From Folioceros fuciformis (lineage: Eukaryota), in the NCBI GenBank assembly GCA_049999805.1, contig JBNGIO010006314.1, forward strand, positions 176,243 through 221,172: a DNA stretch of 44,930 nucleotides, written 5' to 3'. Shown here piece by piece: positions 11,300 to 23,024 of the stretch (positions within the stretch are counted from its first letter, which is position 1; the number at the start of each line of letters is the position of its first letter). Below the pieces are notes generated by a model that had not been told where the DNA came from, made no database searches, and saw only the letters and a list, made by a program, of their open reading frames with translations. The position numbers and the translations under genes are program-made.

Positions 11300-14143
11300 T
11301 TAGCCTGCAAACACTTGATCAATTCTTGAGCTCCCTCGTGTCATCCGAGTGAGGTAATCACTGTAGGTCACATGGTCGGGGACAAAATTCTTGTATTTCA
11401 TCTCCCTGAACAGCTGCAAAGCTTCCCTTGTCTGACCTGCTTGCCTGAGATAATATACAAGAGTGTGGTAAGTGACAGCACTTGGATTACATCCTCTTCT
11501 GTTCATGTCCTTCAAGAGTTTGATGCCCTCCTCTGATCGACCAGTCTTGCACAGCCCATCTATCAGGGTATTGTATGTCACTGCGTCGGGCACACAGCCC
11601 TTTTCCTTCATCTCCGAAAATAGACCATATGCCTCAGAAATTGACCCTCCCTTTACATATCCGTGGATGAGAGAGCTGTAAGCAATGAGGTCTGGCGTCC
11701 ATCCGACCTCTTTCATCTGCTGGAACAACCTGTATGCCTCATCTGCTTTACCCAGAGCACCAAAACCAGAGATGAGTGTCGTATAAGTTATCAGATCAGG
11801 AAGTGGACCCTCTGTTTTCATGCGCTCAAAGATAGAGCAGGCTTCATCTAGCCGTGATCCTTTCACGAGGCCAGAGAGTAACACATTATAACTGACCACA
11901 TCAGGAAGACATCCTTTTCTCTCCATTAGTGCAAACATATCCCATGCTTGCCCAGCTTGATCACTCCTGCACAAGAGATCAATCATGGGGCTATACGTGA
12001 TGACATCAGGTGAACAACCGGCAGTCTGCATCTGTTCAAAGAGCGTACAGGCTGCATCAATATTGCCGGCTCTTGCTGCACCAGCAATGAGGGCATTATA
12101 GCTGACGACATCAGGAGTAACACCTATCTGTTTCATTTCCTCAAACAGTTGCTCTGCTCTGTCAAAGTTACCAGCCTTTCCAAACCCATCCAACAAAGTG
12201 TTAAACATGATGAGATTTGGAACAACACCTTCCTCTCGGATCTCTTCGTACAGCTTGCGGGCTGCTTCCACACGGCCAACCTTGCTAAGCCCGTTCATGA
12301 TGGTACTGTACATTACTACATCAGGAGAATTACCACTAGCCTTCAAACCATCCAAGAACTTCAGTGCCTGGTCAGCATTCCCAGCACTACAAAACCCATT
12401 GATGAGAGTGCCATAGGTGAAACGGTCTGGGGCACATCCACTCTCTTTCATGTCCTCGAATAAAGTCAGGGTCTCATCCAATCTTCGTTGCTTGAGAAGA
12501 CCATGAAATAGTGAGTTGTAAGTGTATACATCTGGCTTGCAGCCCTGAGATTCCATGGCTGTAAACAGCTTCTGCGCTTCAGCAACCTTGCCAGCTTTGC
12601 CTAGTCCCATTATCATTGTATTGTACGTGATTGCATCAGGGGTGCATCCCGCTCTCTGCATATCCTCAAAGATGCAACTTGCTTGTGACACATCACCTGC
12701 CTTCAAGCAGCCATTAAGCAGGGTGTTGTACGTTGTTAGGTTAGGCGCAAAACCGTATCTTGCATTCATGTCTGCAAAAACCTTTGAAGCTTCAGCATAT
12801 CGACCCGCTTTGCTTAGAATGTGGATTACAATGTTGCATGTCGTTGCATTTGGCAGACACTTCTCCCTCATGTCTGTGAAAAGATCGAGGGCATCATCCG
12901 TCCGTCCTACTTTACCAAGCCCAGATATCAATGAATTGTAGACCAGCGAATCCCCAACTATTCCCTTTTCCCTCATCTCCTTGAAGTATCTCCAGGCATC
13001 ATCAAGTCTGCATACATTGATAAGCATGGAAATGATAGTGCTGTATGCAACTACACTATTGGCCGCCCCCACCTGTTTCATCTTTTCAAATAACTTACAA
13101 CCTTCGTCAACCCTGCTAGCCTGACCTAGCCCATGCACCATACTCGTGTAGAGAATCTCATCAGCAGCCACGCCTTGACTCTCCATTTCCTCCAGGAGGC
13201 TAAACGCTGTGTCTATCAACCCAGCTCGAACATACCCATTGATCAGAGCGCTATGTGTCCTCAAAGTTGGAGCACATCCTACATCCTTCATCTTCGTAAA
13301 GACATCATGAGCCGAGTCCAGCTTCCCCGACTTGGCATACCCAGTTATCACCACAGTGTACGTGTACACATCAGGCTGAACACCATCCTTCAACATCTGC
13401 TCAAACATCCTGCTGGCTGTCCCAAAATCACCCCCCTTTACTAGTAAATTGATAAGACAGTTGTACGTTAGTGTGCTAGGTCTGCTGTGATGCCGCAGTC
13501 TGTCGAAAGCCCTGACAGCGCCCCTGTAATTCTTAGCCCTCGCGAACGAAGTAAGAACAGTTGTCACTGTTACGTCACTCAGTTTTTTCGACACAGAAGC
13601 CAGCTGCTTCACCATCTCCCACATGGAATCATACAGACGAGCATTCCCCAGCTTCTCGATCATCACAGTATAGGTGAAGTCGTCATGTTGGAATCCCTTT
13701 TGGTCACCGGCCCATAGGAAAAAGCTGAGGGCCACATTGACATCCCTCTGAGATTTGATCACCTGACAGACATACCGAGGGTCCACGAAGCCGACTTGTT
13801 CTAGAGCAGCTAACGTTTTGGGTCCCCATTTCAGCTGCTCAAGTATGCCATTCACAAGATCCACCACCCTGGATGAGTTAGATACTTCAGCCACAGAATA
13901 GACGCATCTTCCAAGCCCACGAGAGCTGGAACATCCGCCAAATTCCTCCCTCATCCCGGACACTCCTCCCAACATGGATGAGAAACCTGCTGAATGGCCC
14001 TCATTGCACGAATCAACACTAGGAGTGCGTGCAAAACCTGTGGACCTGGAATTCGCGCAGTCAGATTGTAACAGTCTCCCCATAACCACCGGGACTACAT
14101 GCTTCTTCAACGACTTCACCGGGCCCCTCACCCTTTCCAGCAT
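11300..14143 (-). CDS. P-class pentatricopeptide repeat protein, 947 aa, intronless
   Basis: Roughly 22 tandem 35-aa repeats (e.g. PDVYTYTVVITGYAKSGKLDSAHDVFTKMKDVGCA). No E/DYW extension. Confidence 0.97.
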   Translation of the reverse strand: MLERVRGPVKSLKKHVVPVVMGRLLQSDCANSRSTGFARTPSVDSCNEGHSAGFSSMLGGVSGMREEFGGCSSSRGLGRCVYSVAEVSNSSRVVDLVNGILEQLKWGPKTLAALEQVGFVDPRYVCQVIKSQRDVNVALSFFLWAGDQKGFQHDDFTYTVMIEKLGNARLYDSMWEMVKQLASVSKKLSDVTVTTVLTSFARAKNYRGAVRAFDRLRHHSRPSTLTYNCLINLLVKGGDFGTASRMFEQMLKDGVQPDVYTYTVVITGYAKSGKLDSAHDVFTKMKDVGCAPTLRTHSALINGYVRAGLIDTAFSLLEEMESQGVAADEILYTSMVHGLGQASRVDEGCKLFEKMKQVGAANSVVAYSTIISMLINVCRLDDAWRYFKEMREKGIVGDSLVYNSLISGLGKVGRTDDALDLFTDMREKCLPNATTCNIVIHILSKAGRYAEASKVFADMNARYGFAPNLTTYNTLLNGCLKAGDVSQASCIFEDMQRAGCTPDAITYNTMIMGLGKAGKVAEAQKLFTAMESQGCKPDVYTYNSLFHGLLKQRRLDETLTLFEDMKESGCAPDRFTYGTLINGFCSAGNADQALKFLDGLKASGNSPDVVMYSTIMNGLSKVGRVEAARKLYEEIREEGVVPNLIMFNTLLDGFGKAGNFDRAEQLFEEMKQIGVTPDVVSYNALIAGAARAGNIDAACTLFEQMQTAGCSPDVITYSPMIDLLCRSDQAGQAWDMFALMERKGCLPDVVSYNVLLSGLVKGSRLDEACSIFERMKTEGPLPDLITYTTLISGFGALGKADEAYRLFQQMKEVGWTPDLIAYSSLIHGYVKGGSISEAYGLFSEMKEKGCVPDAVTYNTLIDGLCKTGRSEEGIKLLKDMNRRGCNPSAVTYHTLVYYLRQAGQTREALQLFREMKYKNFVPDHVTYSDYLTRMTRGSSRIDQVFAG

Positions 14144-14272
14144 CCTGTTCAGCCAGTTATCCCCCTTGCAGGGACCTTCTCGTTCGCGATCATTACATCA
14201 ATTTCCGGTGCAACGTGGTTTTAATTAGGGCACTTGTTGTTGCTAGGGCGCGGGGAGGAAGCCGTTTGGGTG

Positions 14273-14311
14273 TCCACCCTGACTTGGGGGTATCCACCCT
14301 GACTTGGGGGT
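14273..14311. repeat. 20-bp-period tandem repeat running into the gap
   Basis: TCCACCCTGACTTGGGGGT at 14273 and 14293, ending at the N run. Confidence 0.75.
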
Positions 14312-14411
14312 NNNNNNNNNNNNNNNNNNNNNNNNNNNNNNNNNNNNNNNNNNNNNNNNNNNNNNNNNNNNNNNNNNNNNNNNNNNNNNNNNNNNNNNNN
14401 NNNNNNNNNNN
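14312..14411. other. Assembly gap (100 N)
   Basis: Run of exactly 100 N, a typical placeholder length. Confidence 0.99.
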
Positions 14412-14778
14412 GGTAGTCTCTGTGCGCCGCGTCATCTACAGTGTCTTCTGCCCTCTAGACGCGATTGGGCTCTTTTTAGAGGAACGTGTGTTTATTCTTC
14501 ATTTAGCCTTGCTCCTGACCTCCCCTGACCTGGTGCTTCTTCACCCCGTCCTACTTCAACACGCCCTGGAGCGGATGGGATTGGGAAGCTTCCTAGAGAG
14601 GGCGGAAGTGCCCGTCACGATCTGCCAGGAGCGCGGCTGATAATCTACACTGCTTCAGCTTTTTTTATTTGCCTCCCTCAGCACTGAGTTCAAGTCTTCT
14701 GCCGAATGTTTATTACAGCTGTGGTTGTTGCCGCTGCGTTTCTGGTAGCCCTTTAACCTGCCTCTTGACAACAGAGTC

Positions 14779-15372
14779 ATGGCTGACTTGATACCGCAAA
14801 CCGAGGAGAAGATCGAAGCTAAGGTCACGGGTCAGGGACCAGTGACCGTGGACGGGAGCAGCAAGACGCCGGGGGACGCAGTCTCCGACGAGAAAGAGTC
14901 GCGGGATTCGCAGGAGGTGCGGACCATGTTTGAATTTGTTGACGAGGACTCAGATGGGAAGGTCTCTCGTGTGGAGCTGGCGAACTACCTCAGGAAGCTG
15001 GAGCACTCCAACCTCACGGATAAGCAGATTGACTGTCTTATGAAAGTGTACGACGAGAATGGGAGCGGGCATTTAGAGTTCGACGAATTCCTCAAGCTCT
15101 ACCGCTCTTTGAAGGAGGGGAACGATGAGGATGGGGCGACAGTGCCCGACGAGGAGGATCTCTTCCGCGAAGCCTTCAAAGTGTTCGACAGGAACAAGGA
15201 CGGGCTCATCAGCCCCGACGAGCTGCAGCTGATTGTCCATAGTCTGAATATGGGGAAGGGTAAGAGTACCTGCGATTTCAGTCGCATGATTCAGGCTGTC
15301 GATACTAACGGTGATGGCTTTGTAGATATCAGTGAGTTTACCAGATTGATGCGTAACAGCCTTCCTTCATGA
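14779..15372 (+). CDS. Calmodulin-like (CML) protein, 4 EF-hands, intronless
   Basis: EF loops DEDSDGKVSRVE, DENGSGHLEFDE, DRNKDGLISPDE, DTNGDGFVDISE. Confidence 0.93.
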   Translation: MADLIPQTEEKIEAKVTGQGPVTVDGSSKTPGDAVSDEKESRDSQEVRTMFEFVDEDSDGKVSRVELANYLRKLEHSNLTDKQIDCLMKVYDENGSGHLEFDEFLKLYRSLKEGNDEDGATVPDEEDLFREAFKVFDRNKDGLISPDELQLIVHSLNMGKGKSTCDFSRMIQAVDTNGDGFVDISEFTRLMRNSLPS

Positions 15373-15686
15373 GCAGCAAGTATGTGCAACATGGAAGCCT
15401 TGGCAGAATGTTGAGGCCCCCTTCTCCCACGGCTCTCACTTATCGGCCGTGTTGTAAGTTAGCACGAACGTGAAAATATCACGGATGTTTGCGGATGCCG
15501 AAAGTTTCCTAACCGAGAGAACGGACGAAATCCGCATCTGAAGTCGTGGACCACGTGACCTAGTCTCCCCTGCTTGGTTCGGTACCGACTCCCCGGGTCG
15601 TTCACCTTTTGATGTCCTGTCGGACAATTTATTAAGTCACCAGAGTCTACCACTATTACAGTCTACTTATTTGAAGCCTTGATTTC

Positions 15687-17297
15687 CTACTCGAGCTCTT
15701 TTTCAGACTTGGGCTCGTGTTCGGGCTTGGGCTCCTTTTCAGGAGCCTCTGACGTCAACTGCCGAAGGTTGTATTTGGCAAGCTCCTTAAACCTTTTCAC
15801 CACTCCGACGACGCAGGCTGTCTGTTGAGTAAATTCCCGATATTCAGGCAGAGCAACAACGACAACTGACAGCAACTTGATTTGAGAGAAAGGACTGCGT
15901 GTGTGTGAATACCTTCACAACTTGCACTAGTATGGTCTTGTCAGGGTTCTTCAAATCAACGGAATGAGGCTCTGGAACGAGCCCTGCCACTGCCTTGATG
16001 AGCTCCATCTTGTCGATTGTCGTGTTTGCACGTGATTCACATACGATAGCAAACTGCATAAATTGTTGCACCAGGATAAGTGATTCAAAGATCTAAAAAC
16101 CAGCACCGAATATTCGCTTGAAATACCTTCAACGGTTTCTGCTCTGGGCCGGTTGGGAAGTGTTGCAAGATCACAGCCTTGGCACCCCGTTCAACCTCTG
16201 CTTTCGAAGCATACATCGTCGCTTCTGCAGGCATTAATCTGAGGCAAAATCTGCAACACGCCCAAACAATCGTGTCAAATAATTCAATAACATCCTCTGC
16301 GTCCTTGACCTTTGCATGCTGCTGTGGCTTCCAGCTTAAACCAACATGGCTGGCAATGACGGTGGCCATCTGGCTTGCTGAAGACCTACCTCGTACAGCT
16401 CTTCTTTGTGTCGGCAGCCTCTTGCACAACTGCTTCCGCAAGCTGTAAAGGGGTAGGCCCTGCTGAGCCAGATTTGCGCATGCGAATGAAGACTATGCCA
16501 TGACAGCCTGTTTCAAAACCAGAAAATCGATCCTGCTTACACGCACCAATCCGTCAGGAGACTTGAATTCAAGCAAACACAACAAGATTCTAAGCAGGAA
16601 AGGTTACCAGGTCGTTACCTTCGTTTTCTCCCGAATTTCTTTCAATTCAGCTTCAAGAAGATCGTCGATTCCCCTTTCTCTTTCGGGGCCACTGGCATGT
16701 CTAACCCTGGTTTGCTTCTCCTCAAACTCTTCGGCACCGTCGGATTCAGAGTCCTCGGAGCATGAAGAGGCCTCCTGGTCCACAGCCTTTCCACCCTTGT
16801 CTTCTCTGTCCTGGCCACCACCTTCTTGAAGTTTCTCCCAGAACTGCACTGGTCAACCTGTTTCATCAGAGACATGCAGCCACCGGTCTCATTGCTGCAG
16901 CGCATAAAAATTCCTAAACCTTGACCATTGGACCACTGGAAATGATATCTGTAGAAGGTTGAAGGGGTCTTCCCATCTGCTGGAGCAGAACCGTACCATT
17001 TCTAGCATGCTGATAGCCTCTCTGACGCTCTGACGTTCCTTCCCCCCCACGCAGGTAATCAAGAACCCTTGCAGTCCCGCAGTAATACCTGCTTTGCGTC
17101 CCCCAACCTGTTGCCATTCTCAAGGTTAACCACAGCTGTCTCTTTGATTCACCATTGCTGGCTCTTGTGTTCACCGGCGTGAGCTTTGCAACAAACCAAG
17201 ATGGAGCCAGACAAGGGAGCAGAAAGATCACATGAGGTAGGAACTTGGCCCGCTTTCGCTTCCTGTCACTGGCCGCCTTTGTCATTTCTGGAGGCAT
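15687..17297 (-). CDS. THUMP domain-containing protein 1 (Tan1-like tRNA modification adaptor)
   Basis: Spliced segments RKRKRAKFLPH, QGFLITCVGGKERQSVREA, DDLLEAELKEIR, ETGCHGIVFIRM, TRFCLRLMP, HSVDLKNPDKTILVQVVK, FKELAKYNLRQL. Confidence 0.9.
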
Positions 17298-17530
17298 CGC
17301 TCCGAGGAGACTCTGCACTGCAAATTGGGGAAGCTGGACTGGACAGAACTTTGTTTCTAGTTCGATAAACCCTACTTTGCCCGTCAAGCTCACGCTTGCG
17401 ACGGAAAGCAGGCCCGACCGAAGAGCGAAGAGTTCCCTCAGGTGATGAAGCTTCGGTCAGACCTTGAGACTCTTGATGGGGTTCTTTGCTTTACCCTTTT
17501 GGGCTTAGTCGCCTGCCAATTGGGGGATTC

Positions 17531-18920
17531 ATGACAACTTCTATGATCTATGCGGCGGACCGGTCGCATTGGGCTGGACTTCTTTGCTCCCAGGGGATGC
17601 GGTCAAGGTGCAGCCTCCAGCAGGGCCTGTGTCTCATTCGCACCTTGGCAGCGTGGGGAACAAGGAGCTGCCCGCCATCGCTCCAGCCATGTAATCAGGC
17701 TCCGATTCAATGTAGGCTTCGGACACCTCGGCCACATACTGTGTCATCCCTGCCCGTCAGGAGGTGCTCGTATGCTTCGGCGTGGGCGCATGCTGGGGAG
17801 GAAAGGGGGAATCTGGAACGTGACAAGCAAGAGGAGGAGCGAGAGCAGGAGCAGGAGGAAGCGCAAGAGCAAGAGCAAGAGGACACCGCCGCTAGGGCTC
17901 GCGAGAACGGGAGCTCTTCAGCGAAGCAAGCGAAATGCATCACTACCTTCGTGGATTATCTGAGCCTCACAGACAAGGAACTACTGGCACAGTGCGTAGT
18001 GGACACTTTCAGGGCGTCGGGCCCTGGCGGGCAGCACCGGAACAAGACTGACAGTGCTGTCAGGTTGAAGCATTCCCCAACTGGACTTGCAGGGCAGGTT
18101 GGGATTCTACCCGCCATTCTCCTATCCTCTTTTCTGCTCTTCAGAAGACGAGGGAGGATAAGATTTGGACAGCGGATGCTCTGTGTGACAGGCGTCAGAT
18201 GAGCGTTCCCAGCATGTGAACAAGCTGCTGGCTTTGGACAGACTTAGGCAGTCGATTGCTTCCAAAGGTTGGTGAAACATGCTGCAAACTCATCTCTTCA
18301 TGCACGCCTCGATTTCTGCTGTCCGCTAAATATGATTGTGCTCTGTCTCGGTTAGTCAGACGACCTGTGGATCTAGCGAACTACGCGCCGCCTCCTGAGC
18401 TTCTCATAATCCTGCCACCAGCTTCCACTGTGAAGAAGGAACATGGAGTTCGGCAACAAATAGGACCAAAGAACAAAAGCTATGTCATTGTAAGATCTCT
18501 CACAATTCAGTTTTCTGCTCCTCGCTTCTGCTGCAGCAGCCACTCACCTCCGTGTCTGCAACTGCAGGGCATGCAAGCGCTGCTAGATCTGCTGTATGCT
18601 TCCAACGGCTCAGTATCAGAAACTGCCGTACCGCTGGGGTCAGTGTCCATACTCGTCATTGTAGAAGATTCCACAATTTTAGCGGGCCGAAAGATGGGTG
18701 GTTCATTCCTTGATGTTTGTTGAATCCAGATTAAGCACCGGTATGCTGTCGAAGCTGATCACTTCAGATAAGACGTTGTGGGTAGCTGCGAATGCAATCC
18801 GAGCTGAAAAGGTCATAACCTTTGCTGATTTTGGGCACATTCTTCATGTTGCTGCTTCTTCTCTTGACACTCATGGGGCAAGGATGGTGGTCTGCGCAGG
18901 GTCTGAAGCCATTACGGTAG
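17531..18920 (+). CDS. Class I peptide release factor-like protein (GGQ/RF-1 domain only), probably organellar
   Basis: [29 protein letters not shown]-terminal GMQALLDLL...[10 protein letters not shown]...GLKPLR*; Arg/Ser-rich N-terminus. About 6 exons; start codon uncertain. Confidence 0.88.
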
Positions 18921-19378
18921 ACGCAACTGTCATCATATAGTAGGATTTCGAACTATCAACTGCAATTATGCAGTATGTTTTAGCACTTTCAACTAGACAT
19001 GCCGATTGACAAAAACATTGTGCAAGTTTCAGTTTTTATTCAGTAAAGCTCCATGTGGAGCTTGGGGTGCGCAATGCGGTACCTCGCCTGCGCGGAACTC
19101 TCGTCTCTACGATTTACGTGCACGCCCAACACTCGCTTCTAGCTCGGATCAATCTGCAAATGTGGAAGAACAAGGCTTCCGCGAATTGGATTAGGGCTGG
19201 CAACACGGGAGTGACTGTGGTCTACTTAAACTGGAGTTACTGGTATGTTAGGCGACGATGGAAAATCGGATGTGTCTTTGTTTCTGCCCATCGTCTACAA
19301 GGTAACGTGGTGACTCCAACTGTGCACAATGGACAGACGTTGGTGACCAGAGCATTTGAAGTGTGAGAGGTAGGCGCA

Positions 19379-19916
19379 ATGTTCACCACCGCGGTTCGGT
19401 GTTTGGCAAAGAAAGTAACACCGCGGGGGCCGCGAGTAGTACAGCCAAAGGCGGATCAGGTAGGGTTAGCAGACATCGTTCGGGGAGTTCTGCGGGAGCA
19501 TGGCCCCATCACCGTCACTGACTGCTGGAAGCACGCTCAGGTGGATGACCCAATGGAATTCGTGGCCTTGCCTATCATCTTGCTTGAGGCTTGAAATTGT
19601 GAACAATTTGAGGTGGAGGACGGCATGAGGAGTTGTCACTGGTTTATCTACCAAAGACGCTGCTGACGTCTCTCTTGTGTTGCTCTTGGGTTTTCAGCAC
19701 GAGGGAGTCAAGAGTAAGAGGCAAATGAAGCTCATGCTCCGTTGGCTTAAGGCGAGAGACGATCTTAAGGTTACATGCAATCACCTGGGAACTGGAGAGA
19801 AAGGGTCGGCTTCTTCCAAAGAATTCTTGTTCGCTTTGAGGAATGCCGGGCAACCCGCTGCTTCCGGAAACCCTAGGTCCGGTCAGGAAGAGTCTGGTCC
19901 GCGGTTGCCTTTGTAA
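19379..19916 (+). CDS. Small basic protein resembling plant mitoribosomal mL80 family
   Basis: Exons 19379-19540 and 19698-19916: LREHGPITVTDCW...GVKSKRQMKLMLRWLK...LKVTCNHLG...FLF. Presequence-like MFTTAVRCLAKK. Family assignment is from memory. Confidence 0.72.
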
Positions 19917-20417
19917 CCATCCCTGTGTGGCGTTTTGATACTGCAGAAGCAGTTCTCTTAGATTTCGCAACCCGTTGGTGTTGGCCGCTTGATCTCAATC
20001 TCATGTCCAGCTCTCTCAGTGAGATAATATAGACTCGTACACTTTTTACTCAGTGACGGAAGGTCCAGAGCGAACGCTCCACAACAAAGACACTGGACTG
20101 CGAAAGTCTACACTTGTTCCCTAACATAGACGTTAGGCTTGAGGCAAGGCCTACTCAGGTGCAAAAATGAAAGAACAGACGACTGCTCATTCCCAAAGGC
20201 TTCTATACCTCGATGACACCAGTTAACTATACACAACATTAATCTCGGCCTTGTGCCAGAATTTAGTTCTAGGCGCAGGGATATCCTTGATTTGCTACAG
20301 AAGAATGAAAGCTGCGTAACCATGTCAAAGATCCCTCCGGTCAGATCCTGACTCAGCTCGCCGTGCGGTGACGCTGATGTTAGTGAGCGACCCTTGTCGC
20401 TCCTAAAAATGTTTCCG

Positions 20418-23024
20418 TCAAAAGTCTAGATAAATCTCTTCCTGGGAAAGGGCCCATGTAAACTTGTCAGATCCGATGTCAAAGCACGGGCCAGTCATGT
20501 CTGCATGCAAAGAAACAGTCAGATGGGGCAACCCCGTAACATGCTAATAACGACTACACATCAGAGCTTTTGCAAGTGAACCTGAGCAAAGCTCGGAAGA
20601 TTTCATCCGAAATTCCACCAACACTGACCGATGTCCTATATGGAAGTCCACGGATTTTCCCAGATGATGACGGATCAAACGCAACAGACCCGGTCGAGCC
20701 AGCAAGTCCTGCCTGCCGCTGGTAAAAGCTTGCAGCCGCCGCCGCAGCGTTTTGCATGTCCGTCCACGCTCCCGCTCCTTGTCCTCCCATTAGTCCAGTC
20801 ATTCCAAACGCTCCTGCTGCAGCCTACATCAGGAAAATAGTTGCAGCGGTTAGAACGTGAAAACAAGAGCTACATTGTGTCAGATCAACACCCGACTTCT
20901 GAGGGGAGAAAAGAACGGAGGGCAACAAAAAATCGACGAAAAGAACTCACCTGCTGCTGTAAAAGTAAGAGTTGCACACTTGGATCCAAGGCCTGTGCCA
21001 TTCCAAAGCCACCTAAACCTCCAGTTGCCAGCAACATTTCACTGCAACCACACAATAAACCTTCCCTTCGTCCTCAGGAGTAAACTCAAACAGTAAAGAT
21101 TCTCACTAGGACAGTACGATGAGCTTCCAACCTCTTTGAGGCTCTAAATAGCTCGATATATCGAGATCCAATATTATGCCTGTGGCGCTCCATGGCCCGT
21201 TGAGCCTCGTCGGGTGAGACAAACTCCACAAAGGCCTCCCCTGTCGGACGGTCTGTTGCTCCCATCACAACATGAATGCCATTTGGCAAAATAGAATATC
21301 CATCAAAAAAATCCATGATTTCCCTCTGCCCAGCATTATATGGAAGACCTCGCATTTTGATGCAAACATGATCTGACATATCACCCATGCCCTGCAAACC
21401 AGAAATGCTTCCCAGCCCTGCGGCTTGAATGGCTGCTACATTCATCCCAGTTAAACCCTGCACTCCAAATGCTCCCATCATCCCCGGGATCTGGAACACA
21501 ATCCCACCAGCAAATGACCATTCAGGCAAGACCTAGGCCCCACACCCTTTCCACTGACTTTTAAGTCCAGAGTTTTAGAGCCCCAGTTCTTTTTTACATG
21601 GTTGTTATAAGAGAATCATAACTCAAGGTTCAACTGACCTGCCCAACGGCACCGAATTGGGAAAATCCAGTGACACCAGAAAACATCCCATACATCCGCT
21701 GCTGCACAGCAGTCATCATCTCTCCTTTTGTACTCCGAAATAGTTCTACATACCGCTGTAGAATCACCAGCACACTACTTATGTAAAGCGAAGTTCAGAT
21801 AATGTCAATGCTTAGCATCCAGTGTCACAAAAATGGCTAATTGAAAATAGACGTACTCACCGAACCCATTGGCTCTCTATGCAACTGCATGGCTCGAGCT
21901 GCAGTTTCCTCATTTACAAATTCCACAAATGCCTGCAGATTGTCACTTGCGATAAGTGGAAGATCCCACAAAACAATCAAGGCTGGCCCAAGACAGGAAA
22001 CTGACCTCCCCAGTTGGACGGCCATCTGCATGAGTACATAGGAAAATGCCATCGGGTACAACATGCATTCCCTTGAAGAAAGCTGTGATGTCTGCCGAAG
22101 TGCAGCTGCAGCAGAGACAGCAATGATTGTAGCTTATCCCTGGAGCTCTAGAGTAGCTTGCCACTGGATTACACAACCAAGGGCCACAATCCTGCTCAAA
22201 CCCTATACCTGTAAGGCATCCCCCTCATTCGCACAACTCCAGTGTATCGCATGTCTGGGTTTCCTGACATTCCTGGTATTCCTGTGTTGAGCACACTACC
22301 ACCACTTACTGCGGCACTTCCTCGCCCAACCATGCGCAAAGCTCCCTGGAAAAAACGAGGCAGTAAGACTCCACCGTGTTGCGCAGCTGTTCACCTACAA
22401 GCTTGAAAATGATAGACAAAACCTACCTGCATGTCAGCTGGGTGACCCTTGAATACTTCGATATAACGGCTGCCAATATGTTGTCTACACAGAAAACCAC
22501 AGACAAGGCTAGAAGTCAAAAGTCCAGAAATGCTTCTTGCTTCTTATCTGCCATCCTACTAGCAAAGGAAAGAAGATCAGATCCTTTGACGTGAACACTG
22601 AAGGCACCCACGCGATTCTACAATGGACATATTTCGTCTACTCGCTGCTCACCTATTTCTCTCAAGGGCTTTATTAGCTAAGTCAGCATTTGCAAACTGC
22701 ACATATGCTTGTCCAGTGGATCGTCCTGCAGAAGGACAGCGATAGCAATATAATAAGGGGAAGATCCGGTTTGGTCACACCACAAATAACTACAAGTTCC
22801 AGTTGGAAAAACACCTTGAAAGTTAACACAAATAACCACCCCGTCTGGTCCCATGTCCAGACCCTTGAAGAAGTCAGCAATGTCGGACTCTGAGGCACTG
22901 AAGGGGAGGCCCCGTAACCGTACGACATTGCTGCGTTTTCTGCAGAGAAAAATTCGTGGTCAGCAAGAAGGAAGGCGATCACAAATAATACAAAATCTTG
23001 AAACTGAACCCACCCCCCTGCCAT
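20418..23024 (-). CDS. hnRNP F/H / ESRP-like RNA-binding protein with three quasi-RRMs
   Basis: qRRM1 VVRLRGLPFSASESDIADFF...GQAYVQF...IGSRYIEVF; qRRM2 VVRMRGMPYSCTSADITAFF...GEAFVEF; qRRM3 IKMRGLPYNA...GSRYIELF. Start (MAGG|KRSN) and last exon inferred from splice phase. Confidence 0.88.

Noticed and set aside
11300..14143. PPR as an RNA-editing factor
   Set aside because: Uniform 35-aa P repeats and no E, DYW or DYW:KP domain.
20341..20382. Plus-strand peptide SDPDSARRAV resembling an RRM helix
   Set aside because: Opposite strand to the qRRM gene, with no surrounding ORF; probably chance.
22683..23024. ORF-track peptide MSYGYGASPSVP as the N-terminus of the RNA-binding protein
   Set aside because: Wrong frame; the overlapping frame encodes qRRM1 (VVRLRGLPF).
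4831..23024. Functional cluster of RNA/translation genes (TruA, PPR, THUMP, RF-like, mL80-like, hnRNP)
   Set aside because: Different compartments and pathways, interspersed with unrelated genes; plausible by chance without synteny or co-expression data.
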